Positions 8,877 to 18,740 are shown, numbered from the stretch's first letter. The stretch is 28,119 bases of DNA from Deltaproteobacteria bacterium (GCA_024280875.1 JAJRPH010000087.1:1-28119), one strand, 5' to 3'. The notes: generated by a model not told the origin, from the sequence alone. Translations and numbers: made by a program.

Positions 8877-9998
8877 TCAAAAAACGGGGAGCCCTTCAGC
8901 GATGTTGAGCAGCTCAGGGAAAATATAAATAGCTGACCGTCTCCCACTGGCTTTGCGGAGTGTTTTTATGATGCCACTATCCCTCAATACCCTTATAATC
9001 CTTTTTGTTGTAGGTGCAGGGATTGCATCACAGGAATTAAAGTCTGTTGCTTTAAAAACCGGACGAGAAAAAATGAAATCAAGGGCATGGATACCATATT
9101 GAGAGTGGGTTAGCTCAATAATAAAGCTCTTTTTCTTTTCATAAAGTTCCAATATGGCTTCAGTTTTTTCCAAATTTTCCTTTGCCTGTTCAGCAACAGC
9201 ATGCAGAAAAAACTTACACCACTGCGTCCAGTCATTATCCTTGGAAATTAATAGTAATCGCCGATAGTATTCATCACGATTTGCCTCAAAATACGCACTG
9301 ATGTAAAACAATGGGCGCTGGATAAGACCTTGTTCAGTCAAATAAAGCGGCACAAGCATTCTCCCTAAACGGCCATTTCCATCAAGAAAAGGATGCAACG
9401 CTTCAAACTCAGCATGGAGAACACCAAGCTGAATCAACTTATCTGGCTCATTAGAATGAATATATTTCTCCCAATTACCCATAGCTTCCGGCAATTTTTC
9501 TGAAGATATAGGAATGAAGCGGGCTTCATCAATTGAGCAGCCTGGAGGGCCAATCCAATTTGAGTTTTTGCGGTATTCCCCCGGAGCCTTCCCGTGTCCC
9601 CTAACACCATCAAGAAGAATTCCATGGGCTTGCTTAATAACACGCTGACATAAAGGAAGGTTTGCTAATGCCCGTTCAGCCTCCCACATTGCTTTTCTAT
9701 AATTGAGAATTTCATTAATATCGCCTTTTTTCTCCTCTGAAATACCCTCTGCATCTTCTTCAGCTTCATATTCAAAAACCTCCCCCATAGTAGCCTGTGT
9801 ACCCTCAATTCTTGAAGAAAGAACAGCCTCTTGGGTTGTTAATGGGGTTAGCAAAATATTTGAATTAGGGATCGCTGACAATTTCCCATCATACCTCGCC
9901 AGAGCATCATGGGCAGGGCCGATTAATGGCAAGAGCTCCCTGTAATCAATATTGTTTGGCGGGAACCGGTCATAATGATAGTGAGTAGGCACACTCAT
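8877..9998 (-). CDS. Fic-family AMP-transferase, class II (internal inhibitory helix), with C-terminal HTH-like domain
   Basis: Complete HPFLDGNGRLGR motif. N-terminal SSRIEG matches (S/T)xxxE(G/N). Basic helical C-terminus. Confidence 0.93.
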   Translation of the reverse strand: MSVPTHYHYDRFPPNNIDYRELLPLIGPAHDALARYDGKLSAIPNSNILLTPLTTQEAVLSSRIEGTQATMGEVFEYEAEEDAEGISEEKKGDINEILNYRKAMWEAERALANLPLCQRVIKQAHGILLDGVRGHGKAPGEYRKNSNWIGPPGCSIDEARFIPISSEKLPEAMGNWEKYIHSNEPDKLIQLGVLHAEFEALHPFLDGNGRLGRMLVPLYLTEQGLIQRPLFYISAYFEANRDEYYRRLLLISKDNDWTQWCKFFLHAVAEQAKENLEKTEAILELYEKKKSFIIELTHSQYGIHALDFIFSRPVFKATDFNSCDAIPAPTTKRIIRVLRDSGIIKTLRKASGRRSAIYIFPELLNIAEGLPVF

Positions 9999-10335
9999 TT
10001 TTTCAACCTCTGTCTAATGACATTGTTCAACTAAGAATAATAAATCTAACCCCTTTGGATTTTAATAAATATATTCTAAACTAACATAAATTCAATGTTT
10101 TTTTCCCGACTTGCCCAGAGATTGAAAAGACAAACCTATTATAGATATTCCCCAACCCCCAACAAAAAACCGAACAATCGCCACCTCGACAACCCGATTA
10201 TTTTTATTATAGTGCCTGTTTTTATTTATAAAAACAATTGTTTTCCAATGAGAATTACTCTAACTATATAAAATGCATATTTTAAGTCTCCGAAAAATCG
10301 ACTAAAATAAAAAGGGTATTTAAGCAAAAAACAAT

Positions 10336-13245
10336 ATGCAACTGACGCCTTATCATGCCAAATATTTTGCCTACGAACTGACCAAACGGAGTTCATCAAA
10401 CAGTATCCAAAAACTGGCGGCATCCCTGTTGGATGCCCAGGTGGATTTAAATCCCCATCAGGTGGAAGCCGCCTTGTTTGCCTTCAAATCGCCTCTTTCA
10501 AAAGGAGCGATCCTTGCCGATGAAGTGGGGCTTGGCAAAACCATTGAAGCCGGGATTGTGATTTCCCAGAAATGGGCTGAACGAAAAAAGAAAATTCTTA
10601 TTATCGTACCTTCAAGCTTGCGGAAACAATGGGATCAGGAGTTGCTTGATAAATTTTTTCTTCCGTCGCTTATTCTTGAGACCCCCGCCTTTAATCAGGA
10701 AATCAAAAAAGGGAACCTCAACCCCTTTGTTCAGGAACAAATCATCATCTGCTCCTATCATTTTGCACGATCCAAGGAACCTTATATCACACAAATAAAC
10801 TGGGATTTGGTGGTGATTGACGAAGCCCATCGACTGCGCAATGTGTATAAGCCCGCCAACAAAATTGCGAACGCCATCAAAAGAGCCGTTTCTCATGCCC
10901 CAAAAATTTTGCTTACGGCAACCCCTTTACAGAACTCACTTCTTGAGCTGTATGGCCTTGTCAGTATTATTGATGATTATACATTCGGGGATTTACAAAG
11001 TTATAAAAATCAGTTTTCCCGACTGACAGGAGAAGACAGCTTTGATGATTTAAAAAATCGTCTGAAACCTGTTTGCAAAAGAACCCTTCGCCGGCAGGTG
11101 CTGGAATATATAAAATTCACCAACCGACTGACCATAACACAGGAGTTTATTCCTTCTCCGGAAGAACAGCAGCTTTATGATCTGGTGTCATCCTATTTAC
11201 AGCGCAATAACCTCTATGCCCTTCCTGCCGGCCAGCGCCAACTCATGACCCTTATTTTGCGCAGGCTGCTTGCCTCATCGACATTCGCCATTGCGGGCAC
11301 CCTTGAAGCTCTGGCAACAAAACTTGAAAATATCGAGGGCCTTTTCAACCGGCAAACGGAAATGGAAACCCTCATTTCAGATGATTTTGAAACATATGAT
11401 GAACTCTGCGATGAATGGCCGGCCGAAGAGTCCGACGAAGAATCCGACGCAAAAACCGACCCGGCCCTTTTCCGGAAGCAGGAGAAGACCTACACCCCGG
11501 AAGACATCGAATATATTAAACAAGAAATCCGCGATTTAACTGAATTCAAGCAGCTTGCCAGGTCCATCACCAGAAATTCAAAAGGGGAAGTCCTTCAGAC
11601 CGCATTAAAAAAAGGCTTTTCAGAAATAGAACGTCTCGGGGGCCGACAAAAAGCGATTATTTTCACGGAATCCCGCCGCACGCAGACATACCTCTTCAAT
11701 ATTTTGGAACAAACGGAATTTAAAGGCAGGATCATATTATTTAACGGCACCAACACGGACCCGCTTTCCCGGAAGATTTACCAAAAATGGCTTAAAAAAA
11801 ATAAAGGCACGGATAAAATTTCCGGCTCCAAAACAGCCGATATGCGGGCCGCCATTGTGGACTGTTTCAGGAATGAAGCGGTCATCATGATCGCCACTGA
11901 AGCCGCCGCCGAGGGGATCAACCTTCAATTCTGTTCCATTGTGGTGAATTATGATCTGCCCTGGAATCCCCAGCGCATAGAGCAAAGAATCGGAAGATGT
12001 CACCGGTACGGGCAGCAGCACGATGTGGTGGTGATCAATTTCCTCAACAAAAATAACGCGGCCGACCAGCGGGTCTATGAACTCCTGTCGGAAAAATTCA
12101 GACTTTTTTCCGGTGTTTTCGGAACCAGCGACGAGGTTCTGGGAAGCATTGAATCCGGTGTTGATTTTGAAAAACGGATTGCCAGGATTTATCAGAATTG
12201 CAGAACTATAGATGAAATCCAAACCGCTTTTGATGCCCTCCAAAAAGAACTGGAGGACCAGATTGAAAACCGCCTCACGTCCACCCGGCAGAAACTGCTG
12301 GAAACCTTTGACGAAGAAGTCCATGAAAAACTGCGTGTGAATTTGCTGGAAAGCAGGGCGTATATTTCAAAATACGAAAACTGGCTCTGGCAGATCACCC
12401 GGTATTATCTGGAGCCCCACGCCCGATTCGATGACAGCGGCCATTGTTTCACCCTGATTCAAAACCCGTTTCCCAATGAAAAAATACATGCCGGGCCTTA
12501 CAGAATCGGCAGAGCTGTTGACGACGCAAATATTTACAGACTCGGCCATCCGCTGGCCCGGAAAATAATCGCGCAATGCAAGGCGGCGGACCTGTATTTT
12601 CATGAACTGATTTTCAATTACACGGATACCCACATAAAAATCTCCATCATAGAGCCGCTGATCGGCAAATCCGGCTGGCTTGAAGTGTCTTGCCTGACAA
12701 TTCATTCTTTTGAAACCGAAGATCATGTTCTATTGTGCGGTATTTCCGATGACGGTTTGAAATTAGAATCTGAACAGTGTCGGAGACTCTTTTCGCTTCC
12801 GGCAACCGTTACCACTGGCAGTTTATTCAATGCCTCCCCATCGGTCACCGGTCAATTGCAGCCGATTGCCGATAAAATGCAAACAAAAATCTTACAGCAC
12901 AATGCCGAGCGGGACTCGGAGTTTTTTGATATTGAAATGGACAAACTTGAAAAATGGGCCGATGACGTAAAATGCAGTCTTGAAATCGAGCTGAAAGCAA
13001 TAGATAAGGAAATAAAATTCCGGAAAACCGAGGCAAAAAAAATCCTGAATCTGGAAGACAAGGTAAAGGCCCAGCGGCAGATCAAAGACATGGAAAAAAA
13101 ACGAAACACCCTGCGCATGAACCTTTTTCAGGCCCAGGATGATGTGGATGTCCGGAAAGAAAAACTGATCGATGATATTGAGGCCCGGCTTTCCCAGGGG
13201 ATTGAAAAAACCGGGTTGTTCCTGATACGGTGGCAGATTGTATAG
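10336..13245 (+). CDS. SNF2/RapA-like SF2 helicase-ATPase with C-terminal coiled coil
   Basis: LNPHQ, ADEVGLGKT, VIDEAH, LTATP, TEAAAEGINLQ, NYDLPWNP and EQRIGRCHRYGQ motifs. Heptad-rich C-terminus. Confidence 0.93.
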   Translation: MQLTPYHAKYFAYELTKRSSSNSIQKLAASLLDAQVDLNPHQVEAALFAFKSPLSKGAILADEVGLGKTIEAGIVISQKWAERKKKILIIVPSSLRKQWDQELLDKFFLPSLILETPAFNQEIKKGNLNPFVQEQIIICSYHFARSKEPYITQINWDLVVIDEAHRLRNVYKPANKIANAIKRAVSHAPKILLTATPLQNSLLELYGLVSIIDDYTFGDLQSYKNQFSRLTGEDSFDDLKNRLKPVCKRTLRRQVLEYIKFTNRLTITQEFIPSPEEQQLYDLVSSYLQRNNLYALPAGQRQLMTLILRRLLASSTFAIAGTLEALATKLENIEGLFNRQTEMETLISDDFETYDELCDEWPAEESDEESDAKTDPALFRKQEKTYTPEDIEYIKQEIRDLTEFKQLARSITRNSKGEVLQTALKKGFSEIERLGGRQKAIIFTESRRTQTYLFNILEQTEFKGRIILFNGTNTDPLSRKIYQKWLKKNKGTDKISGSKTADMRAAIVDCFRNEAVIMIATEAAAEGINLQFCSIVVNYDLPWNPQRIEQRIGRCHRYGQQHDVVVINFLNKNNAADQRVYELLSEKFRLFSGVFGTSDEVLGSIESGVDFEKRIARIYQNCRTIDEIQTAFDALQKELEDQIENRLTSTRQKLLETFDEEVHEKLRVNLLESRAYISKYENWLWQITRYYLEPHARFDDSGHCFTLIQNPFPNEKIHAGPYRIGRAVDDANIYRLGHPLARKIIAQCKAADLYFHELIFNYTDTHIKISIIEPLIGKSGWLEVSCLTIHSFETEDHVLLCGISDDGLKLESEQCRRLFSLPATVTTGSLFNASPSVTGQLQPIADKMQTKILQHNAERDSEFFDIEMDKLEKWADDVKCSLEIELKAIDKEIKFRKTEAKKILNLEDKVKAQRQIKDMEKKRNTLRMNLFQAQDDVDVRKEKLIDDIEARLSQGIEKTGLFLIRWQIV

Positions 13246-13400
13246 AAAAACAGGACATTTTTTACTTCACTCGAAAACGGAAAAATGTGTAAAACCTTTT
13301 AAAATCAAAATATTGTTACTTCATTTACAAGGACCCGAGTTCGACGTCCTCAAAATTCGCCGAGTACATTCCTTACTGGGCATAAAGATAAAGAGGAATT

Positions 13401-15113
13401 ATGACCAAACAAAAACTGGAACTGACCTGGATCGGCAAGGAAAAACAGCCGGTGCTGGAACCCCGCATTCTTATTGAAGACCCGGAAAAATCATACGGTG
13501 ACAAGACCGCTGAAAACATGCTGATATTCGGTGATAACCTGCTGGCGTTGAAAGCGCTGGAACAGGATTTTGCGGGAAAAATCAAATGCGTGTTTATTGA
13601 TCCACCGTATAATACAGGATCTGCCTTTGCCCAATATGATGATGGAATTGAACATTCGTTATGGCTGAGCTTAATACGAAATCGCTTAGAGATATTACAT
13701 AGGCTTTTAAAATCAGATGGTAGCATATGGGTGACATTAGATGACAATGAAGCTCATTATTTTAAGGTGATGTGCGATGAAATCTTTGGAAGGCATAATT
13801 TTATTGCAGATATAGCTTGGAAAAAGCGCGACAGCCCTCCAAATGACAGAAAAATTGGATCTATTAACGATCACATTTTAATCTGGTCAAAAGGCTTTAA
13901 GGTGGGCAGTAAAAAGACATTAGCAGAAGAATCATTCAACCTCATGCAGAGAACAGAAAAAGCCGATTCACAATATCAAATATGGAAGGAGCCGGATGGG
14001 CCAGACCCACGAGGACCTTTTCGTAAAATCGATACGACAGCTCATGGGAAAGGTGGCCGTTTTGTTAAAAGTTTATTTTATCCAGTAAAAAATCCTTATA
14101 CAGGCGAAGAAGTATGGCCAAGGGAAGGATGCTGTTGGAGGCATAATAAAAATGATATGGAGCGATTACAGTCAGAAAAACGAATATATTGGGGAGTTAA
14201 AGGGACCGCTAAAACTCCAATGAGAAAGTATTTTAAATTTGAAGCCAAACAGGGTATGTGTGCTCCTACTATTTGGGATAATGTTGGCCTTAACCAACAT
14301 GCTTCTCGTGAGCTTGAAATTCTATTTGAGAAGAAAGCGTTTTTCGAAACACCGAAACCAGAATTCTTGCTTAAAAGAATTTTTGAAATGGCAACCAACC
14401 CAGGAGACTGGGTTCTTGACTCATTTTTAGGCTCTGGAACCACCGCAGCAGTAGCCCATAAAATGAACCGCCGCTGGATCGGCATTGAACTCGGAGACCA
14501 CTGCCACACCCACTGCCTGCCGCGCCTGAAAAAGGTTGCCGACGGCACGGACCAGGGCGGAATTTCCAAGGCGGTCAACTGGAAAGGCGGGGGCGGGTTT
14601 AAATATTATTACCTGGCCCCCAGTTTGCTGAAAGCGGATAAACACGGCAACTGGATCATCGACGAGCGCTATAACGCGGATATGCTGGCTGCGGCCATGG
14701 CAAAGCATGAGGGGTTCAGGTACGCACCTGATCCGGATATTTACTGGAAACAGGGCCAATCAACAGAAAAGGACCATCTCTTTACCACCACCCGGTTTGT
14801 CACCATTGAATTGCTGGACAAGATCCATGAAGAAATGCAACCGGATGAGAGTCTGCTCATCTGCTGCAAGTCTTTTTCCAAATCCTGCGAAACACGGCAT
14901 GCCAATATCACCGTCAAGAAAATCCCCAACATGCTATTGGGTAAATGTGAATTCGGCCGGGAAGATTACAGTTTCAATATCATCAATATGCCGGTTGATG
15001 ACAATGCCCCTGACTTTGTGCCGCCCGGCCCAACGGAAAAAAACCCAAAAAAGACCAAAACCTCAACATCCAACAAGCAAATGGAATTATTCAAACAAGA
15101 GGATAAGCAATGA
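13401..15113 (+). CDS. mod: Type III restriction-modification methyltransferase (beta-class, N6-adenine type)
   Basis: 'GDNLLAL', DPPY (motif IV), central TRD, 'TPKPE', 'VLDSFLGSGTT' (motif I). Overlaps the res start (ATGA). Confidence 0.93.
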   Translation: MTKQKLELTWIGKEKQPVLEPRILIEDPEKSYGDKTAENMLIFGDNLLALKALEQDFAGKIKCVFIDPPYNTGSAFAQYDDGIEHSLWLSLIRNRLEILHRLLKSDGSIWVTLDDNEAHYFKVMCDEIFGRHNFIADIAWKKRDSPPNDRKIGSINDHILIWSKGFKVGSKKTLAEESFNLMQRTEKADSQYQIWKEPDGPDPRGPFRKIDTTAHGKGGRFVKSLFYPVKNPYTGEEVWPREGCCWRHNKNDMERLQSEKRIYWGVKGTAKTPMRKYFKFEAKQGMCAPTIWDNVGLNQHASRELEILFEKKAFFETPKPEFLLKRIFEMATNPGDWVLDSFLGSGTTAAVAHKMNRRWIGIELGDHCHTHCLPRLKKVADGTDQGGISKAVNWKGGGGFKYYYLAPSLLKADKHGNWIIDERYNADMLAAAMAKHEGFRYAPDPDIYWKQGQSTEKDHLFTTTRFVTIELLDKIHEEMQPDESLLICCKSFSKSCETRHANITVKKIPNMLLGKCEFGREDYSFNIINMPVDDNAPDFVPPGPTEKNPKKTKTSTSNKQMELFKQEDKQ

Positions 15114-17782
15114 ACAAAATCGCAACCTCCATCAAAAACCGTTTGAGTCTGCGCCCTCCGCAAGCCGAAAGTTTGAATATCCTGACGGAACTTGCCGACA
15201 AGCTGGCGCTGACTAAAAATGTTGATCTGCCGTCCGAGCTTGAAAAAGTCAAAACCAAATACCCCACATGTACGGATTTTGAGCGGGATTTCCCGTCGCT
15301 GTGTTTTGCCCTTGCCACGGGGGTGGGCAAAACCCGGCTCATGGGCGCGTTTATCACCTACCTTTTTTTGGCAAAAGGATTTAGAAATTTCTTTGTACTT
15401 TCGCCGAATCTGACAATTTACGAAAAGCTGATCACAGACCTTTCGGAGCCGAATAACCCCAAATATGTATTTAACGGGATCGGTGAATTTGTGCATCAGC
15501 GTCCCCGGATTATTACCGGTGATAATTACAAGGATTTTCGTCAATCACTGATGTTTGACAAATCTGAAATCAATATCAGCCTGTTTAATATTTCAAAAAT
15601 CAATGCTGAAACCCGAGGCAACGCGATTCCCCGGATTAAGCGAATGTCCGAAGTATTGGGCGAACCGTATTTCAATTATCTGGCAGGTCTGGAGGATCTG
15701 GTCTTATTGATGGATGAATCCCACCACTATCGGGCGGCCCGGGGCTTGCAGGTCATTAATGACCTTAAACCGGTCCTGGGCATAGAACTGACCGCCACTC
15801 CGCAAGTTGAACAGCGCGGCAACGCCATCAAGTTTAAAAATGTCGTGTATGAATATTCACTGGCAAAAGCCATAACAGACGGGTTTGTCAAAGAACCGGC
15901 CGTCGCCACCCGCAAAGATTTCGATCCGACACATCATTCAGCCGAAGAAGTTGACAGAATCAAACTGGAAGACGGCATCCGCCTGCATGAAGATACCAAG
16001 GTGGCCCTTGATATTTATTCACGAGACGCCAGAGTCCACGCCGTTAAACCGTTTGTGCTGGTGGTTGCAAAAGACACCCGGCATGCCGCCCAAATAAAAG
16101 ACCTGATTGTTTCAACGTCATTTTTTGAAGGATATTATGCGGACAAGGTCATGGAAATTCATTCCAATCAAAGGGGCGGAGAAAAAGAGGAAAACATCGC
16201 ACTGCTTATTTCTCTGGAGAATCCGGACAACGTCATTGAGATCGTCATTCATGTAAATATGCTCAAAGAAGGATGGGACGTCACCAATCTGTATACCATT
16301 GTTCCGCTTCGCACCGCTGCTTCTCAAACCCTTCGGGAACAGACCATCGGCCGGGGACTCCGGCTGCCATATGGGAAACGGACCGGAAGCGACAAAGTAG
16401 ACAAATTGACCATTGTGGCTCATGACCGGTTCCAGGAAATTGTGGATGAAGCCAACCGGCCGGATTCCATTATCCGCAAGGAAAATATCATTGAAATTGA
16501 TCCTGAGGAATTGGCGCAGCAAAAAGAAGTCGTCACCGCTGTTTCAACGATTGACCAGAAAATCCTGGATGAACAGGTAAGGATTGAAACTATTGTCGAA
16601 CCCGAAAAAAAACAAAACGCCCAAATCAGCCTGGATTTGCAGAAAACCATTCTTTCCACCCTTCCTGAATTAAATACATCAGTCAAAAACATCCAGGACC
16701 TGACACGATCGGAAATTAAAGTCATTGCCGTTGAAAAGATCAAACAGAAAATCTTCAGTTCTCCCCAGAAAGTCCTGTTTGCCCAGCAGATGATTAAAGA
16801 AGTTGAAGACGCCTATGACGCAATGGTTCATGATTTTGTGGCAAACATTATTGAAATTCCGAGGATTACCATTCAGCAAAGTGAAGATATCCGGTCCGGT
16901 TTTCATGATTTTGATCTGGATGTTAAAAATTTGAATTATCAACCGGTATCCGAAGAAATTCTGGTGAAAAAACTGCGGGAACAGGAAAACAGCATCGACA
17001 TTGTGATCGGCAAAGGGCGGATCACCCCGGATCGCCTGGATAATCTCATTGTGAACGAACTGATTAATTTTCCGGAAATTGATTATGATGTTTGCGCGGA
17101 TCTGCTTTTTCAATTAGCCGGGCAGTCAATTGATAAATTTAAAATCTATCTTGATGATGAACGGATGACGAATGTCGTTCAGTATCATAAAAGAGAAATC
17201 GGGCAATATATTTACGCTCAGATGATGGCGCATTTTTATTGCGAGACCCCGACATTTCAGGCGCCCGTCGTTAAACCGTTTACCCGAATCGAGGAACACA
17301 ACTTTTCAAAGTATTCCAAAGACAGCATCCACCATTATACCGAAACCATCGTGCCGACCAACGCCATTCCGAGCAAGGTGTTTTCCGGTTTTAAACGGGC
17401 CTGCCATACCTTATATAAATTTGATTCAAAAACAGAAAAAGATTTTGCCGTTATTCTGGAACAGGATAACGCGGTGCTCAAGTGGCTGCGCCCGGCCGGA
17501 AACCAGTTCCATATTTACTGGAAACACAACACCAAACAATATCATCCGGATTTTGTGGCGGAAACCGCCGGCACCATCTACCTGATTGAAACCAAAAAGG
17601 AGAAAGATATTGATACGGCCGAAGTCCGGGAAAAAGCGCAGGCCGCCCTTACCTATTGCCGACACGCCACCGAATTCACCACACAGAACAACGGCAAGCC
17701 ATGGAAATACGTATTAATCCCCCATAATGCGGTTCTAACTAATATGGGCTTTGATACGTTGGTAAAGAATTTTGAATTTTAA
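15110..17782 (+). CDS. res: Type III restriction endonuclease/helicase subunit
   Basis: ATGVGKT, DESH, ELTATP, EGWDV, QTIGRGLR helicase motifs. C-terminal 'YHPDFVAE...LIETK' PD-(D/E)xK nuclease motif is intact. Confidence 0.93.
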   Translation: MNKIATSIKNRLSLRPPQAESLNILTELADKLALTKNVDLPSELEKVKTKYPTCTDFERDFPSLCFALATGVGKTRLMGAFITYLFLAKGFRNFFVLSPNLTIYEKLITDLSEPNNPKYVFNGIGEFVHQRPRIITGDNYKDFRQSLMFDKSEINISLFNISKINAETRGNAIPRIKRMSEVLGEPYFNYLAGLEDLVLLMDESHHYRAARGLQVINDLKPVLGIELTATPQVEQRGNAIKFKNVVYEYSLAKAITDGFVKEPAVATRKDFDPTHHSAEEVDRIKLEDGIRLHEDTKVALDIYSRDARVHAVKPFVLVVAKDTRHAAQIKDLIVSTSFFEGYYADKVMEIHSNQRGGEKEENIALLISLENPDNVIEIVIHVNMLKEGWDVTNLYTIVPLRTAASQTLREQTIGRGLRLPYGKRTGSDKVDKLTIVAHDRFQEIVDEANRPDSIIRKENIIEIDPEELAQQKEVVTAVSTIDQKILDEQVRIETIVEPEKKQNAQISLDLQKTILSTLPELNTSVKNIQDLTRSEIKVIAVEKIKQKIFSSPQKVLFAQQMIKEVEDAYDAMVHDFVANIIEIPRITIQQSEDIRSGFHDFDLDVKNLNYQPVSEEILVKKLREQENSIDIVIGKGRITPDRLDNLIVNELINFPEIDYDVCADLLFQLAGQSIDKFKIYLDDERMTNVVQYHKREIGQYIYAQMMAHFYCETPTFQAPVVKPFTRIEEHNFSKYSKDSIHHYTETIVPTNAIPSKVFSGFKRACHTLYKFDSKTEKDFAVILEQDNAVLKWLRPAGNQFHIYWKHNTKQYHPDFVAETAGTIYLIETKKEKDIDTAEVREKAQAALTYCRHATEFTTQNNGKPWKYVLIPHNAVLTNMGFDTLVKNFEF

Positions 17783-17828
17783 AAAGTATTAAATCATCTT
17801 TTCCTCGAATGTCTTTTTTGTGCTGGCA

Positions 17829-17879
17829 TGAGGGGTATCCTTTGTTAAGGAATTTGGGGAATTTTCTCTATACCCAACA
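17829..17879. repeat. Degenerate copies of the ATACCCCACA motif near the island right end
   Basis: Minus strand ATACCCCTCA (17829-17838) and ATTCCCCAAA (17853-17862). Plus strand TATACCCAACA (17869-17879). Confidence 0.55.
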
Positions 17880-17996
17880 CATTTTATGAAAATCAAGGCA
17901 ATTTCATATAAACCAGAATAAACACTAAAACAGAATATACTTTATAATTAATAGGTTTAGGATATACAGATAAAAGCAAGTAAATATATCCCCCCA

Positions 17997-18046
17997 GCCT
18001 GTCACGCCGGAGGTCGCGAGTTCGAGTCTCGTCGCTCCCGCCATAA
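17997..18046 (+). repeat. Right att direct repeat (displaced 3' half of tRNA-Asp)
   Basis: GCCTGTCACGCCGGAGGTCGCGAGTTCGAGTCTCGTCGCTCCCGCCATAA. Single difference is G18026 vs T8540. The D arm and 5' acceptor strand are missing, so it is not a tRNA. Confidence 0.97.
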
Positions 18047-18052
18047 AAAATT

Positions 18053-18087
18053 AAGGGGACTGGAATTTTTTCCAGTCCCCTTTTTTT
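18053..18087. terminator. Strong hairpin terminator, likely the original tRNA-Asp terminator; may also end the FHA gene transcript
   Basis: 13-bp stem AAGGGGACTGGAA / TTCCAGTCCCCTT, T run downstream, A-rich upstream. Confidence 0.85.
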
Positions 18088-18185
18088 ATTGAAGACATAC
18101 AACCCGGAGCAACTATTTCATTTAATTCTTTGAAATACCAAACACCTCAAAAACCGCAAACAAACATAAAATTTCTTTTACATCG

Positions 18186-18740
18186 TTATTTGAAGATAAA
18201 AAAACCAACGACAATCAATGCAAAGATCACTCCGCCCCATAAAAGTAACTGGCTGATTGACAACCCGGGGTCTTGTGTGTTTACGGTAGGCCCGTGAGCT
18301 TTCTGATTTGACACATTCGGCTGATCATTTTCGATTCTGGCGCGCAATTGGGCCAGTTGTGTGGAACTCAGAACCGTTGTGCCATCAAAATCATCCAGTG
18401 AAACGCTGTTTTTTTTATGCTCTGATGTGTCTGGCAATTCGATTGTCACCCGCAGAGAAAACTTGCCAAGACTGATGACATCATCGTTCTTCAAAGCAGC
18501 TTCATTAATCTGCCGGTTATTCAGAAAGGTGCCATTGGTACTGCCCATATCCTTAACGATATAGGGGCCGCCGATGGATCTCTCAATCCGTGTGTGTTGA
18601 CGTGAAATCCCATTGTTATCGATAAAAATATCCGCCGTGGGGATACGGCCGATTTCCACGACATCCTGTTTAAAAGCAAAGGTTTTTAGGATGTTATCCT
18701 TTATAGCCAGCTCAATTTTCAATACCTGATCATTACGCAT
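18186..18740 (-). CDS. FHA-domain protein with C-terminal transmembrane anchor
   Basis: 'IGR', 'ISRQH', 'DMGSTNGTFLN' FHA signature. C-terminal 'LLLWGGVIFALIVVGFFIFK' helix. GGAG RBS. Confidence 0.9.
   Translation of the reverse strand: MRNDQVLKIELAIKDNILKTFAFKQDVVEIGRIPTADIFIDNNGISRQHTRIERSIGGPYIVKDMGSTNGTFLNNRQINEAALKNDDVISLGKFSLRVTIELPDTSEHKKNSVSLDDFDGTTVLSSTQLAQLRARIENDQPNVSNQKAHGPTVNTQDPGLSISQLLLWGGVIFALIVVGFFIFK

Noticed and set aside
10010-10090. Recurrent CTAA words upstream of fic
   Set aside because: Too short and irregularly spaced in AT-rich DNA to support an operator.
13238-13477. 79-aa ORF bridging SNF2 and mod
   Set aside because: It overlaps both genes, has no RBS and no recognisable domain.
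13401-15113. Phase-variable mod (phasevarion)
   Set aside because: No simple-sequence repeat tract seen in or upstream of the ORF.
10336-17782. DISARM or BREX assignment
   Set aside because: No DUF1998, PLD, PglZ or BrxC genes. The methylase and helicase-nuclease are type III Mod/Res-like.
17997-18043. A second tRNA-Asp gene
   Set aside because: Only the 3' half is present.
17893-18102. 69-aa minus-strand ORF
   Set aside because: Antisense translation across the att repeat and terminator.
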